DNA of 64,000 bases, taken from IMG/VR virus record IMGVR_UViG_3300008107_000002, one strand, 5' to 3'. How positions within the stretch are numbered: position 1 is the stretch's first letter; every line of letters begins with the position of its first letter. The stretch is from a virus (lineage: Duplodnaviria > Heunggongvirae > Uroviricota > Caudoviricetes). Positions 19,905 to 30,300 of the stretch are shown piece after piece. The notes beneath the pieces were generated by a model that was given only the letters and a program-made list of their open reading frames with translations, was not told where the DNA came from and ran no database searches. A program made the position numbers and the translations under genes.

Positions 19905-19955
19905 GAAAACCGCGTAACAATAATCGACCTGCATTAGAAATTGTTACGCGGTTTT
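19905..19955. terminator. bidirectional rho-independent terminator between convergent phoH and methyltransferase genes
   Basis: perfect inverted repeat gaaaaccgcgtaacaa / ttgttacgcggtttt with 20-nt loop, T-runs on both strands. Confidence 0.6.
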
Positions 19956-20615
19956 GTTATATGTTACAAACATAGAATCGTTTCCAATAGTGTGGGTTTC
20001 TTTAATAGTTAAACGATCCATTATATAATTGGAAAATTGCATTAACTCAGGGTTAAGCTCTTCCATCCATCGTTCGCTAGATAACATCTGCATACCTGTG
20101 CCGTGGAGGTCAATAGTTAACAATTCTAATTCAAATCCGTCATCTCGTTTAACTATTTCAATTGTCCAAGGTAATTGCATAGGTCTAACAAAGTATGGTT
20201 CAACTTCTTTTGTACGCCTCAAAGTTATTAACCTATTAGTAAGGCTAAATTTTTCAAATTCTAAAAGAGATCCAAATCGTGAAGTTACTATAGTGCTATC
20301 TATAATATCCCCAGGTTTAACAAATTTTTTATAAATTTTAATTTTATCCTGCAAGCCTAGATAAGTTACAAGGTCCTGAGCATAAGTAATTTGAGGCTCT
20401 CTTCCATCGTATAAAGTTGCAGTTTTAACTTTGTTTATATAAACTAGGTAAATTCCTAGTAGACCGCATCCGCACCCTAGGTCAATAATATGGTCGTCTG
20501 TAATTTTTGAGGCAATCTGATCGTAGGCCCATTTATGTTGTTTCTCCCAATACTCTTTTTCTATAGGACCAAGCGTAGTAGGGATTTGATTTAAATGCTC
20601 AAAAAAATCTGTCAT
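19944..20615 (-). CDS. class I SAM-dependent methyltransferase-like protein
   Basis: 223 aa; motif I IIDLGCGCGLLG. Confidence 0.7.
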   Translation of the reverse strand: MTDFFEHLNQIPTTLGPIEKEYWEKQHKWAYDQIASKITDDHIIDLGCGCGLLGIYLVYINKVKTATLYDGREPQITYAQDLVTYLGLQDKIKIYKKFVKPGDIIDSTIVTSRFGSLLEFEKFSLTNRLITLRRTKEVEPYFVRPMQLPWTIEIVKRDDGFELELLTIDLHGTGMQMLSSERWMEELNPELMQFSNYIMDRLTIKETHTIGNDSMFVTYNKTA

Positions 20616-21532
20616 TGTAGTCTTGCAAGTTTAACTAGTGTTGCTGACAAGTTAATTTCCGGATCCGAAATAATAGAATGATCAACTAATCCCTGCTTAA
20701 TAATAAGCAATGCTGTATCTTTAGTCTCCTCATCTTTGCCAAACAAATCAATGTTATCGTACATCCAACGGAACACTCCGTCAATTTCTTCTGGCCTTGC
20801 ACTGGCACATACAAGTTTACGGGCTTCTAGAATTTTGCCCTTCTTGAACAAGTCCACCATTGCAATTTTATAGTCGGCTTGCCCAGCATCACTGCTATTG
20901 GCACCGATTAATTGTCCGTCTTGTATATTCTGTTGGACAAAGTTAATACATTTACGCAAGTCTGGATAGACTGTTTTAACATAGGTATCTAGTGTGTCAA
21001 GGTCAAATTCAATATTTTCTTCAACTAGAATAGTTGCAACCCTTGCAGTAAATTCTGTTTGGTCGATGTTGGTAAAATGCATACTTTGGCAACGACTTTG
21101 AATTGCATTTGCAATCTTGTTAAGATGATTGCAGGTAAGAATAAATCGAGCAGTAGTTGAATATTCTTCCATAACACCTCGTAACGCCGCCTGGGCTTCG
21201 TGTGTAAGGTAATCCGCTTCATCTAGTAGTACAACTTTAAACGGTCCAAACGGAATCATTTGTACAAAGTTAGTGATTCGTTCTTGAACCTCTTTAATGC
21301 CACGTTCTCGTGATGCGTTCATTTCTAGGACATCGTATTCTTCGATGCCTATCTCACTAATTAACATCTTTGCCAGAGTAGTTTTACCAATACCCGGACT
21401 GCCACTTAATAACAAATGTGGTATTGACTTATCCTTGATCCAGGTAGTGATTTGTTTTTTCTGATTATTATCTCGAAATACATAACCGTCTACTGTTTTA
21501 GGTCTATATTTTTCTACCCATAGTTCCTTCAT
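20612..21532 (-). CDS. 44: sliding-clamp loader ATPase subunit (T4 gp44 / RFC small subunit-like)
   Basis: 306 aa; EKYRPKT box, Walker A GSPGIGKTT, Walker B LLDEAD, SRC motif QSRCQ. Confidence 0.9.
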   Translation of the reverse strand: MKELWVEKYRPKTVDGYVFRDNNQKKQITTWIKDKSIPHLLLSGSPGIGKTTLAKMLISEIGIEEYDVLEMNASRERGIKEVQERITNFVQMIPFGPFKVVLLDEADYLTHEAQAALRGVMEEYSTTARFILTCNHLNKIANAIQSRCQSMHFTNIDQTEFTARVATILVEENIEFDLDTLDTYVKTVYPDLRKCINFVQQNIQDGQLIGANSSDAGQADYKIAMVDLFKKGKILEARKLVCASARPEEIDGVFRWMYDNIDLFGKDEETKDTALLIIKQGLVDHSIISDPEINLSATLVKLARLQ

Positions 21533-21781
21533 TTAAAATCCTTGATATTCTTTAAGGCCAAACTTATTTCTTACCAGTTCGACAGTTGTTTTAATTGTAC
21601 ATTGAACAGTTCCTAGATCGTGTGTGGTGTATGCACAATGAATGGGAGTGTCCTCTATTACTGCAACACATTCTTGAAGGGTGTTGTATAGTAAATTTTC
21701 TACATCACCTGAACTTAACCATTTTCCACTAACGTCGGCTTTTGCCTCCTTAACAATTTTTTTAATTGCTTCGGATGTCAT
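21533..21781 (-). CDS. hypothetical protein
   Basis: 82 aa ORF abutting clamp loader. Confidence 0.5.
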   Translation of the reverse strand: MTSEAIKKIVKEAKADVSGKWLSSGDVENLLYNTLQECVAVIEDTPIHCAYTTHDLGTVQCTIKTTVELVRNKFGLKEYQGF

Positions 21782-22134
21782 TTTAGAAATTCCATTGTTA
21801 TAATTTTATCAATTTCACGACCAAATTCTTGATCATTAGTTATAATATATAGATTTTCAAAATGCCTGTCTTTTTGACTATCGTATCTACGAGTTTGAAC
21901 GACTCTTCCTCCACTAGCATTATGCACTTCAAATTTTAAAGATCGATCTCTTGATAGCTGAATACTATCTTCGTCTATACGAATGTCGTTGTTAGCCTGT
22001 TCGGGGCGGTCGTCGAATAACCAATCTTTAAATTTTTGTTTTAGTGATCTTTTCATAAGTCGTTTTTCCAATCGTGCTACGTTCCTTGCGCTAGACATCT
22101 TTGCGGTTGCGTACACTTGTCCATAGTTGCTCAT
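21778..22134 (-). CDS. hypothetical protein
   Basis: 118 aa ORF, ATGA overlaps on both sides. Confidence 0.5.
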   Translation of the reverse strand: MSNYGQVYATAKMSSARNVARLEKRLMKRSLKQKFKDWLFDDRPEQANNDIRIDEDSIQLSRDRSLKFEVHNASGGRVVQTRRYDSQKDRHFENLYIITNDQEFGREIDKIITMEFLK

Positions 22135-22595
22135 TTCTTTTTCCCTTCTGCTTCTGCTACACGCTTACGCAAACTTGAGCTACTAAAGGAATGATCTCGG
22201 CCATTGTAAACAATTTCAATTCCTCGGCTATTACAGATCTGTTTACCTGTAAACTCTTTGTCTGCGTATTCTACACCTAATATTCTAACATCTACAGGTA
22301 GGATAAGCAAGAGGTCCTCTAGATCTTTTTCTGTTTGATAAACAACCACTTCATCCACATTACGATTTGTGCTTACTTGTATTTGTCTTTCTACAATACT
22401 TTGGATTGGTGGATTTTTACTGTCTGGACGATCAATAGTTGGATCTGTCTGTAGGGCGGCAATAAGATAGTCGCAATGATTTTTTGCTTCAGATAACATT
22501 GCAACATGGCCTGCATGAAACAGATCAAATGTTGAAAATGTAATACCTACTTTTTTACCTGACTCTTTTAGTTCTTTTATTTTGTTGAATATCAT
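22131..22595 (-). CDS. cytidylyltransferase-family nucleotidyltransferase (TagD / RfaE-domain-II-like), paralog 1
   Basis: 154 aa; GTFDLFHAGHV (HxGH) signature; paralog at 37188..37679. Confidence 0.8.
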   Translation of the reverse strand: MIFNKIKELKESGKKVGITFSTFDLFHAGHVAMLSEAKNHCDYLIAALQTDPTIDRPDSKNPPIQSIVERQIQVSTNRNVDEVVVYQTEKDLEDLLLILPVDVRILGVEYADKEFTGKQICNSRGIEIVYNGRDHSFSSSSLRKRVAEAEGKKK

Positions 22596-22896
22596 ACCAA
22601 TTCCTCAACAATGCCTAAAATTTCTGCCATAATAAAACAGACACCTGCCATTAACAAGTTACCTGTAATTAAACAGCCACCCGCTACAATACGAATGGCA
22701 CTTTTAGCAAGGCTGACATAAAAATGTCCCTTACTTGGATCTTTTGGTTGAACTTCAATTTCCACGTTTAAATAATCCTTTAATAGTTTGTACTAGATTA
22801 TAAAATCTAAAATGATAATCTGTTAGCATAGGAGTGTGCATTGGGCATCGACCCTGTTTATAGTCACAATCAATACTGTATTCTTTTTTACATATG

Positions 22897-23202
22897 TTAC
22901 AATTCATCTTTTAAAACCTCTTCTATTTCAAATTCGCCTTTTTCGAAATAATGCACGTGATATTCTTTTTGATTAATTTTATAAACTTCTGTTATAACAT
23001 GTTGATTATTAGAAAATTCATCCGGCGTATCTTGTAATAATAACATTAACCAGACATTCTTTTTTTCTTGCCCTTCTAGCACACGTCTAGGGTTTCCTGT
23101 TATTCTACGAATAAAGGCCTTTGCTTCTTCAGGGGTTAGATTTAAGATATTCGAAGACTTTGGTTTTTTCATATTCTCGTATCCATTCCTCTTCACCTGC
23201 AT
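22897..23202 (-). CDS. hypothetical protein
   Basis: 101 aa ORF. Confidence 0.45.
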   Translation of the reverse strand: MQVKRNGYENMKKPKSSNILNLTPEEAKAFIRRITGNPRRVLEGQEKKNVWLMLLLQDTPDEFSNNQHVITEVYKINQKEYHVHYFEKGEFEIEEVLKDEL

Positions 23203-23371
23203 AATTGGGGCAACGTCTTAATGCATCTTCTAGTATCCATTTAATTCTATAAAGATCTTGTTTATAACCCCATCCAACAAACCCGTCGTTATAAGGAGAC
23301 CTACATTCATAGGCTGCGGCATTTATTTGCGCGGCAACAGATGATACATCAATTTGTTTCTTGTGGCCCAC
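23129..23371 (-). CDS. hypothetical protein
   Basis: 80 aa ORF overlapping neighbour; start uncertain. Confidence 0.4.
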   Translation of the reverse strand: MGHKKQIDVSSVAAQINAAAYECRSPYNDGFVGWGYKQDLYRIKWILEDALRRCPNYAGEEEWIREYEKTKVFEYLKSNP

Positions 23372-23840
23372 GTTTTCTTCCTACTCTTATTACTTTGATA
23401 AATCCTTCTTCAGTAGTAGGCATTTCGTAACTATCTATCATCTGTTGAATAACATTATCTGGAATTACTTTGCCTGGACGACTGTTTAATCTACGAGTCA
23501 GTTCTTCTTTACCGGGAATAGGAAATACTACGGCAATCATTTCGTAACCAGGTAACATATTAAATTTTTTAATTCTACTTGCTACGGTAGTACTAGTTTG
23601 ATCCCAAATGATGTCATGATTATGTTCACGAGCTCTCACAACTTGTTGTACCATTAGATTAACTGCTTCGGGCATATAATCTTCAAACACATCACTATAC
23701 GTCTTACCTTGTGCCCTGGCATAATCTTCTACAAACGCATCAGTAGAAACTACAGTTAACCCCAACGCCCACGTTTGATTCTTAATCCATGTAGATTTAC
23801 CACTGCCGGGTATACCAACAAGAATATAGGCTTTTGGCAT
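23349..23840 (-). CDS. P-loop kinase (AAA_33 / polynucleotide-kinase-like)
   Basis: 163 aa; Walker A GIPGSGKST at N-terminus, DxxT pattern STD; size matches small nucleoside/nucleotide kinases. Confidence 0.7.
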   Translation of the reverse strand: MPKAYILVGIPGSGKSTWIKNQTWALGLTVVSTDAFVEDYARAQGKTYSDVFEDYMPEAVNLMVQQVVRAREHNHDIIWDQTSTTVASRIKKFNMLPGYEMIAVVFPIPGKEELTRRLNSRPGKVIPDNVIQQMIDSYEMPTTEEGFIKVIRVGRKRGPQETN

Positions 23841-24265
23841 TATAGATCGCCGTCTTTTCTGTTTTCAGAGTAAAACGCATCGAAACTTCCGCCAGGGTAT
23901 CGTGCTTCAAGTTTTTTAACGTTTTCAGCAATAACATCATTGGGGTCTAGGTTCAATGCTCGACAAGCATTAATCCAATACCACATAATGTCGCCGAGCT
24001 CGCGTTTCATATGGAATCGAGCTTCTTCATTAAACGGTTTTCCTTGAAAGAAAATCTTTTTAGGTATTTCTGCAAACTCACCTGCTTCTGCCGCAAGACC
24101 TACTACCGAGGTTAACAACAAACTAGGATTCATTGCAGGATTAGTTTGATGGCGCAATGCGTCTATGATGCGTTCGAGATGATCATAGTTATTAGATTCT
24201 TTGCTAGTTACAGCATCAACAAAAACAGAATATTTTTTTAAGTCAATTGGTTGCATTTGGAACAT
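23840..24265 (-). CDS. mazG: MazG-like nucleoside triphosphate pyrophosphohydrolase
   Basis: 141 aa; EAGEFAE and ELGDIMWYWINACRALNLD motifs of MazG/NTP-PPase fold. Confidence 0.88.
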   Translation of the reverse strand: MFQMQPIDLKKYSVFVDAVTSKESNNYDHLERIIDALRHQTNPAMNPSLLLTSVVGLAAEAGEFAEIPKKIFFQGKPFNEEARFHMKRELGDIMWYWINACRALNLDPNDVIAENVKKLEARYPGGSFDAFYSENRKDGDL

Positions 24266-24617
24266 TTATATTAAGGGCACCAACAACTACACGTAATGCA
24301 TCGTCCGGTGGTTCATCACTAACACATAGTATAGCATTATTGTCAGCTAGACGTATATCAATTTTTTCGCCATTTTCTTTTTCGTATTCGTGACCCCGAC
24401 TCCAACGACCGTGCTCTAAAAGAACCCACTGCCCTTCAGTTACATCAGTTTGGTCCGGGCCAACGGCAAATACCTGTCCCCAGCGTGGGTGAATGCCAGA
24501 GCTTTTACCATCATCGCTGTGAAGTAAAATTCCAGACTTGGTTTTTTCCATGCCGAAATTCATATTGTGAATAATGACTTTACTTCCTAGAGGTTTTAAT
24601 TTTCCACGAACGGTCAT
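24243..24617 (-). CDS. groES: GroES/Hsp10-like co-chaperonin
   Basis: 124 aa; LKPLGSKVII...KTKSGILL...GQVFAVGPD pattern parallels GroES LKPLxDRVLV...SGIVL...GxVVAVG. Confidence 0.75.
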   Translation of the reverse strand: MTVRGKLKPLGSKVIIHNMNFGMEKTKSGILLHSDDGKSSGIHPRWGQVFAVGPDQTDVTEGQWVLLEHGRWSRGHEYEKENGEKIDIRLADNNAILCVSDEPPDDALRVVVGALNINVPNATN

Positions 24618-24952
24618 TTTATTTCCCTGCTTTTTACTCTAATGCTTTCTTGGGTACTTTCATTAGGGATTACTACAGGTGGTTGGGGTTGAGCTGTAGT
24701 AAACTCTGTGCGCTCAGATTTAATCTGTACCTTTTGTGCAAGTGACTCTTGGTCGTATGTAGAAGTAGGAGTGCTGTCATAATATTCTGAAAGAACTTCC
24801 TCTCGAGTGCGTACAATTTTGCCGTCGGGGCCTAACTCATCTCCCCTAGCATTAACACGCACGTTACCGACTGCTGGCATTGTTTCATTTCTTGCCATAA
24901 GCTGGTCCATATCAATTTCTCTTCCCTGCATTGTTTTATAAATTCTGCCCAT
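24614..24952 (-). CDS. hypothetical protein
   Basis: 112 aa ORF. Confidence 0.5.
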   Translation of the reverse strand: MGRIYKTMQGREIDMDQLMARNETMPAVGNVRVNARGDELGPDGKIVRTREEVLSEYYDSTPTSTYDQESLAQKVQIKSERTEFTTAQPQPPVVIPNESTQESIRVKSREIK

Positions 24953-24961
24953 GTTCTCTCC

Positions 24962-25486
24962 TTATTTTAAGAACTCTTTAATATCTAGATCGTATTTAAT
25001 ACTGTCAATTTTATGGACACCTATTAAAAATAGAACATAACTGGCCACGCTAGATCCGCGTCCTACACCCCATACAATCTTGTTTTGGCGTAATGTATCT
25101 ACTAGATATTTAAGATAAAATAATAGATCCATCATATTATGTTGGATAAACAATTCTAACTCTGTGCTCACTCTTTCTGTTTGTTCTTTAGTTTTGCACA
25201 TTTTGTAGAGCATTTCTATCAAATCAGGACAGTAATCCTTGGGCATAAACCATTGGTTTTGTAACTGGGTATCCCAATCTTTAATTTCAATATCTAAATT
25301 TTGATAAAATTTTAGTAAAGGAATAATATCGGCGTTTTTTTCAACCGCTTGATTAAAGGTTAAAACTGTATTTGTATTGGAGAAATATACTGAATCGAGA
25401 AAGTTGTAAGAATTGCTATATATAGCTTCTAACGCTTCGTTTTCGGTTAAAGTCGTTCGACCATATTTGTCTATGTTCATACACAA
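24962..25486 (-). CDS. hypothetical protein carrying a DNA pol III alpha-like GRGS signature
   Basis: 174 aa; C-terminal VGRGSSVASYVLFLIGVHKIDSIKYDL resembles the DnaE/PolC GRGSAAGSLVAYALGIT-DPL block. Confidence 0.5.
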   Translation of the reverse strand: MCMNIDKYGRTTLTENEALEAIYSNSYNFLDSVYFSNTNTVLTFNQAVEKNADIIPLLKFYQNLDIEIKDWDTQLQNQWFMPKDYCPDLIEMLYKMCKTKEQTERVSTELELFIQHNMMDLLFYLKYLVDTLRQNKIVWGVGRGSSVASYVLFLIGVHKIDSIKYDLDIKEFLK

Positions 25487-25510
25487 TTATAACATGACAA
25501 ATACAAAAGA

Positions 25511-25753
25511 TCAATTGATGTTGATTAGATTTCCAAGATCTTTGTTATCATTTTTGATTGTTTTAGCAACCAATGTTTGACTTCTTTTTATTTGCTCATC
25601 TTTGAGTGTGAGTAATAACGTAAGGACTTGATTAGCCAAACCGCCGTTGCCTAACTGCGAGGCTGTATTATACTTTTTGGATAATTCTAGAATTTTATTC
25701 TCCAGCTCGGAATCTTTAAGAGTAGCCGGATCCATAAAAAGTGGATTATACAT
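25511..25753 (-). CDS. hypothetical protein
   Basis: 80 aa ORF. Confidence 0.45.
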   Translation of the reverse strand: MYNPLFMDPATLKDSELENKILELSKKYNTASQLGNGGLANQVLTLLLTLKDEQIKRSQTLVAKTIKNDNKDLGNLININ

Positions 25754-26611
25754 TTAAGTCCAAGTAGTAAGTGCGGCACGTTTCCAAGTATCTTCTGCAA
25801 CACATACGTAGATAAAACCGGCATCCCAGGTTATCATTCCGGGGCGTCCTGCATCTCCGGCAGTTGATGGCGGCGCACTGTCTATCACAAACTTTCCGCC
25901 TTCGAACTTAAATTTTGTATTTGCAGATGATGATCCAAAAATGATAAAGTCATTTGTTCCATCATTATCTAAAGAAATATCCCCAACTATGTTAAACGCG
26001 GCGCCATCATATTTGACAAACTTTTGCCATTTATATCCGCCTGCACCAGTATCAGTGGACATAATTAATTGAAGTGCAGTTGCCTGACTGTTATGGGCAT
26101 ATCCTGTAATAGCTGTCTGACTTGTTCCGGTAGTATTAACATATAGGACATAGGTAGGATCAAGATTAGACACTGCTCCTATGGTAACAGTTCCCGTTGT
26201 AAATGCTCTATTTCCATATAGCACAGGTTTAAGTTTAAGAGTTGGTTGTCCTAATGTTCCTGAACTTACTAGTTCTGAGTTAATAAGACTAAATGCAGAT
26301 GTTGCAGTATTACTAACACTTGCTCCGCCCGAAGTAATAGATCCGCCCACATTAAGATTTTTACCTATACCTAATCCGCCTACTACAGTCATCGCACCAG
26401 TTGTTGTAGATTCACTATCTGTTTCATTTGTAAATGAACTTTGATTTATAAGATCTGCTTTGTTGGCCTGTAAGAGTGAAATTTCATCGTGTGCTATTTC
26501 TAATCCGGCCTTGACTACAGAAAAATTACTTCTAAATCCCTGGCTATCGTTATCTCGCCCTGGTATAGGATATGTTGTATCTATAGTACTAAAAATAATT
26601 TGACTAGTCAT
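25754..26611 (-). CDS. putative virion/fibre protein, paralog A
   Basis: 285 aa; N-terminus MTSQIIFSTIDTTYPIPGRDNDSQGFRSNFSVVKAGL nearly identical to that of 26626..27318; Gly/Thr/Ser-rich. Confidence 0.6.
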   Translation of the reverse strand: MTSQIIFSTIDTTYPIPGRDNDSQGFRSNFSVVKAGLEIAHDEISLLQANKADLINQSSFTNETDSESTTTGAMTVVGGLGIGKNLNVGGSITSGGASVSNTATSAFSLINSELVSSGTLGQPTLKLKPVLYGNRAFTTGTVTIGAVSNLDPTYVLYVNTTGTSQTAITGYAHNSQATALQLIMSTDTGAGGYKWQKFVKYDGAAFNIVGDISLDNDGTNDFIIFGSSSANTKFKFEGGKFVIDSAPPSTAGDAGRPGMITWDAGFIYVCVAEDTWKRAALTTWT

Positions 26612-26625
26612 TTATGGCTTCTCTC

Positions 26626-27318
26626 TTAAAGTAATTTAATAATGAATGCTAACGAATAAAACGGAGGTAAATTAGCACCAGTAAGAATACTGCCTTCTTG
26701 ACTTGTAGTTAGACTAGTGTGAGCATACCATCCACTGGTACCGCTGCCTAATTGTGTTCCGCCTGGAGCTGATTGATTAACACCACTATAAGAATGTGTG
26801 TGTTCTCCTAGCGTTCCGTCTTTATTGCCTCCTGTTTTTACAAAGGCACCTGGTGTTACTGGATCAGCTTTAGCTGCCCCTTCATTATCTGCCGCCGCAC
26901 CTATAATAAATTGATTTCTTAAATCCGGACTAGGAGTTGCGCCGTTGTCATAGGTTGTTCCATCGCAGAATCCCCATCCTGCCGGAATAGTTGCAATAGA
27001 GCCATACCACATAACAATAGTACCTGGTGGTACACCTAGTCCTATACCATGTATTTCGCCACCTACCCATAAATCCCCACCGATTCCAACCCCACCGACA
27101 ACTTGTAAAGCTCCAGTATTGGTAGAACTTGATTCAGTTGTATTGGTAAATGTATTAACCTCTCCAATATTATTTTGTAGGGCACTTATTTCATTTTTAG
27201 CAACACCAAGTCCTGTTTTGATAGCTGTAAAGTTTGTACGAAACCCTTGGCTATCGTTATCTCGTCCAGGAGTTGGAAAGGTTGCATCGATTGTTATTGT
27301 TTGGATTGCACTTGTCAT
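26626..27318 (-). CDS. putative virion/fibre protein, paralog B
   Basis: 230 aa; N-terminus MTSAIQTITIDATFPTPGRDNDSQGFRTNFTAIKTGL; immediately downstream of giant structural gene. Confidence 0.6.
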   Translation of the reverse strand: MTSAIQTITIDATFPTPGRDNDSQGFRTNFTAIKTGLGVAKNEISALQNNIGEVNTFTNTTESSSTNTGALQVVGGVGIGGDLWVGGEIHGIGLGVPPGTIVMWYGSIATIPAGWGFCDGTTYDNGATPSPDLRNQFIIGAAADNEGAAKADPVTPGAFVKTGGNKDGTLGEHTHSYSGVNQSAPGGTQLGSGTSGWYAHTSLTTSQEGSILTGANLPPFYSLAFIIKLL

Positions 27319-30300
27319 TACGTTAAAAATCCTCTTTTAGGGAACAGCAAATATTTAGCACTAGAATTATCCTTGGTGTTTAACACGGTTATTCTATCTA
27401 AATCAAACGTAATAAGTTTAAAATCAATACCATATGTTTCGATCTTACGGATAATAAGTTGGCTATTACCAGGCAAGCAATAACATAGCGGTAAACAAAT
27501 AATTCTTCCTAAAGGAACCCCAGTATTATCCTGTACAGTTCTCATAAATTTTGGTAAAAGATCATCACTAGACGATGCAATGCTCTCTATGGCGCCCCGC
27601 ATACCGTCAATACTATTTGGATATATTGTTGTATCTCCATACTGAACTACCGGATTAATTGGAACTCCGCTGTCGTTTACTAAATTATCTATTAATTCTA
27701 CGTATACAACTTCGTATAGTTTGTCCCCGTTATCGTCAGTTGCAAATGCAGATTTAAGTTCTCCAAAATATAATCTTTTTCTATAAAAATAATTCTGTAA
27801 AGAATTTACATACTGTGCAATGTAAAGTTCTTGTACTCCCCATTCTAGAACAAATTCTAGGACCTTTTGAACTCCGAATGCAGGATCGTACGGTCTATAT
27901 AATAAAGAAAAATCAAATACTGAAGGATCGTTGATAAATGTATCCCAGTATAGTCGATCTTTAATGCTTAACAACGGATGTAATAGAATTTTTGTATATT
28001 TTTGTCCTTGGTAAGGCAATACTTGTACCTTAAAGTTTTTAACTAATTGACTACCTAAATTACTATCAATAGCCAATACATTAAATGAATAAGTTGTTGC
28101 AACAGTGGTAGCTGTATTATAAGGAACAACTCCTGCCAATGCGCCGTCTTGTGTAAGTCCTATACCAGGAGGTAAAGATCCACTCTGTAAAGAATATCTA
28201 ACTTTAATATTTGGATCGTCGTGTAGAGCTAGAATAGACAACTCACTTTGTTGACCTTGATATAAGGTACCAACGTTACTATCAGTAATAAATTTCATTT
28301 TACTAATAGTTGCGCCTTGAATAGTTATTGTAAAGTTTTTATCTCTAAAAGTAGTAATACCCGTAATTGGACTAGTCTTAAGTACTCGTACCTTAAATGA
28401 ATAAACTGAACTGTATACTGGAGTATATCTTAAATAACCACTCATAGTTCCAGAAATCTTATCTAAAACCATATCTTGTGGTAAAACTGGTAAGTCTTCA
28501 TTTACCTGTTCCCAATCAAATGTTATATTTCCAGTACCAGGATCACAGTCGTGTATTTCAAATTGAATAACTTGTTTTGTGTTTGCACGAATAGAACCTA
28601 GATCACTTGGTGTCAGCCATTGTGGAGCTACAGGATATTTTGATATATCTGATGAAGGATCATTTACATCAATTTGGTAAAGTTGTCTTGCAGTACCTGC
28701 CGCATTTGATGCAGTGATAATAAACTGATAAGTTTTATTAATAAATCTAGGACCCGAGCCTATTGCTTGTAGACTAACATGCTCAAACGGAGCCGCATCC
28801 CATCCCTGTTCATCAAATGCTCCGTTACTGGCTAATTGATAAAATAATGTTAAATTATCTTTTACTTGCCCATATAAATGACCGTCATTAGTAAGGACAA
28901 GACCTGGAGGAAGTTGTCCATCACCGTCGGCAATATGATATGTAATTTCTCTGCCTGGTCCTAATATATCAGTAGTAGCTGTAAATTGAAAATCTACAAT
29001 TTGACCGTTGATTAAATATTTTTCACCGCTTGGGCCCACGGCTGGTCTAATACCCGGAGTAATAAATCTAGGAGGTGTAGGTCCAAGTACATCTATCATG
29101 AAACTTCGGTCAACAACTCCGTATTGGTTATATGCTCTTATCACAAATTCTGAACGATCTGTTAACCAAACGACTGTCGGTACTCCGGAAATTACTCCAG
29201 TGGAAGTATTAAGTGTAAGGCCGTTAGGTAACGACCCGTTAATAAGTTGATACCGAACATTTGGTCCAGTTGCAGAAAGTGTAATAGATGCTGGTAATAA
29301 TTCAGTAACTATCGGAAGTAAACCTTGAGTAGTGACCCAGGTTGGCTTCACGGTGTTTGTTACAACTTGATCTGATAAGTTTCCAAAGAAGGTATTACCT
29401 ATAACATACGGGTAAGCAGGAACACCATTTTTATTTGTCATAAAGTATGCATATGTTCCTATTGGGTATTCAGGAGTTACGCAATATCTACCATTGTGAA
29501 TATCAAGTGTTGCTGTAGTGATCGAATATACATAATCTTCTACAAAAGCGCCATTTGGCCAATATGCAGTAATTGGAATATCAACTGAGATAGAAACAGA
29601 CCTATCAACTACTATAGTAGTGGTGTTTATCTGTAAAATAGTTGTATCTAGTTCTTTAGCTAGGCCAGCGGCAAATATTCTCATGCCAACTTGTAATCCT
29701 GTTACGCTCTGTAACAAAATTGTATTAGAGTCTGCAAAAAATTGAGTCCTTACTTCGACAGAGGGTGGTCTATTTGGCAGTATCTTTGTAGTATACCCTG
29801 AGGTCATTTGCTTAACGCCGCCAAGCGGACTTGTTGGATAAGCATATCCGTATGGTCCATATATAGGGTATCCGTCAGCCGCAAAGCCTATTACTCGACT
29901 ATGTCCGTCATCGTGAGTGTAATCTCCTAACCATCCCTGAGTATTAGCCCAGGCATTATTAGTAACAAATTTATCATTGAGATAATAGTAAGCACCAGTA
30001 TTATCTGGACCTCCACTATATGGATCTCTTGGCATAGTTTTAATATTAAAATTAGCATCTAAAGACCAAGTACTCGAATTAAGACCTGCTACAGTAGTTG
30101 ACCTAGGATTTCTAATAGGAATTCCAACAACTGTGATTCCTACAGTATTAGTAGTAGCATCTCGGTATATTGGAACTTCTGCTGGTACTCTTTCTCCTCC
30201 TCTGTAAGGATAAATTACATCAATTTTTTGATCAAGTACAGGAAATCTTATATACGAGTTTGGAAATGTGTCTGAGGTAACATAAGTTGTTCTACCTTTA

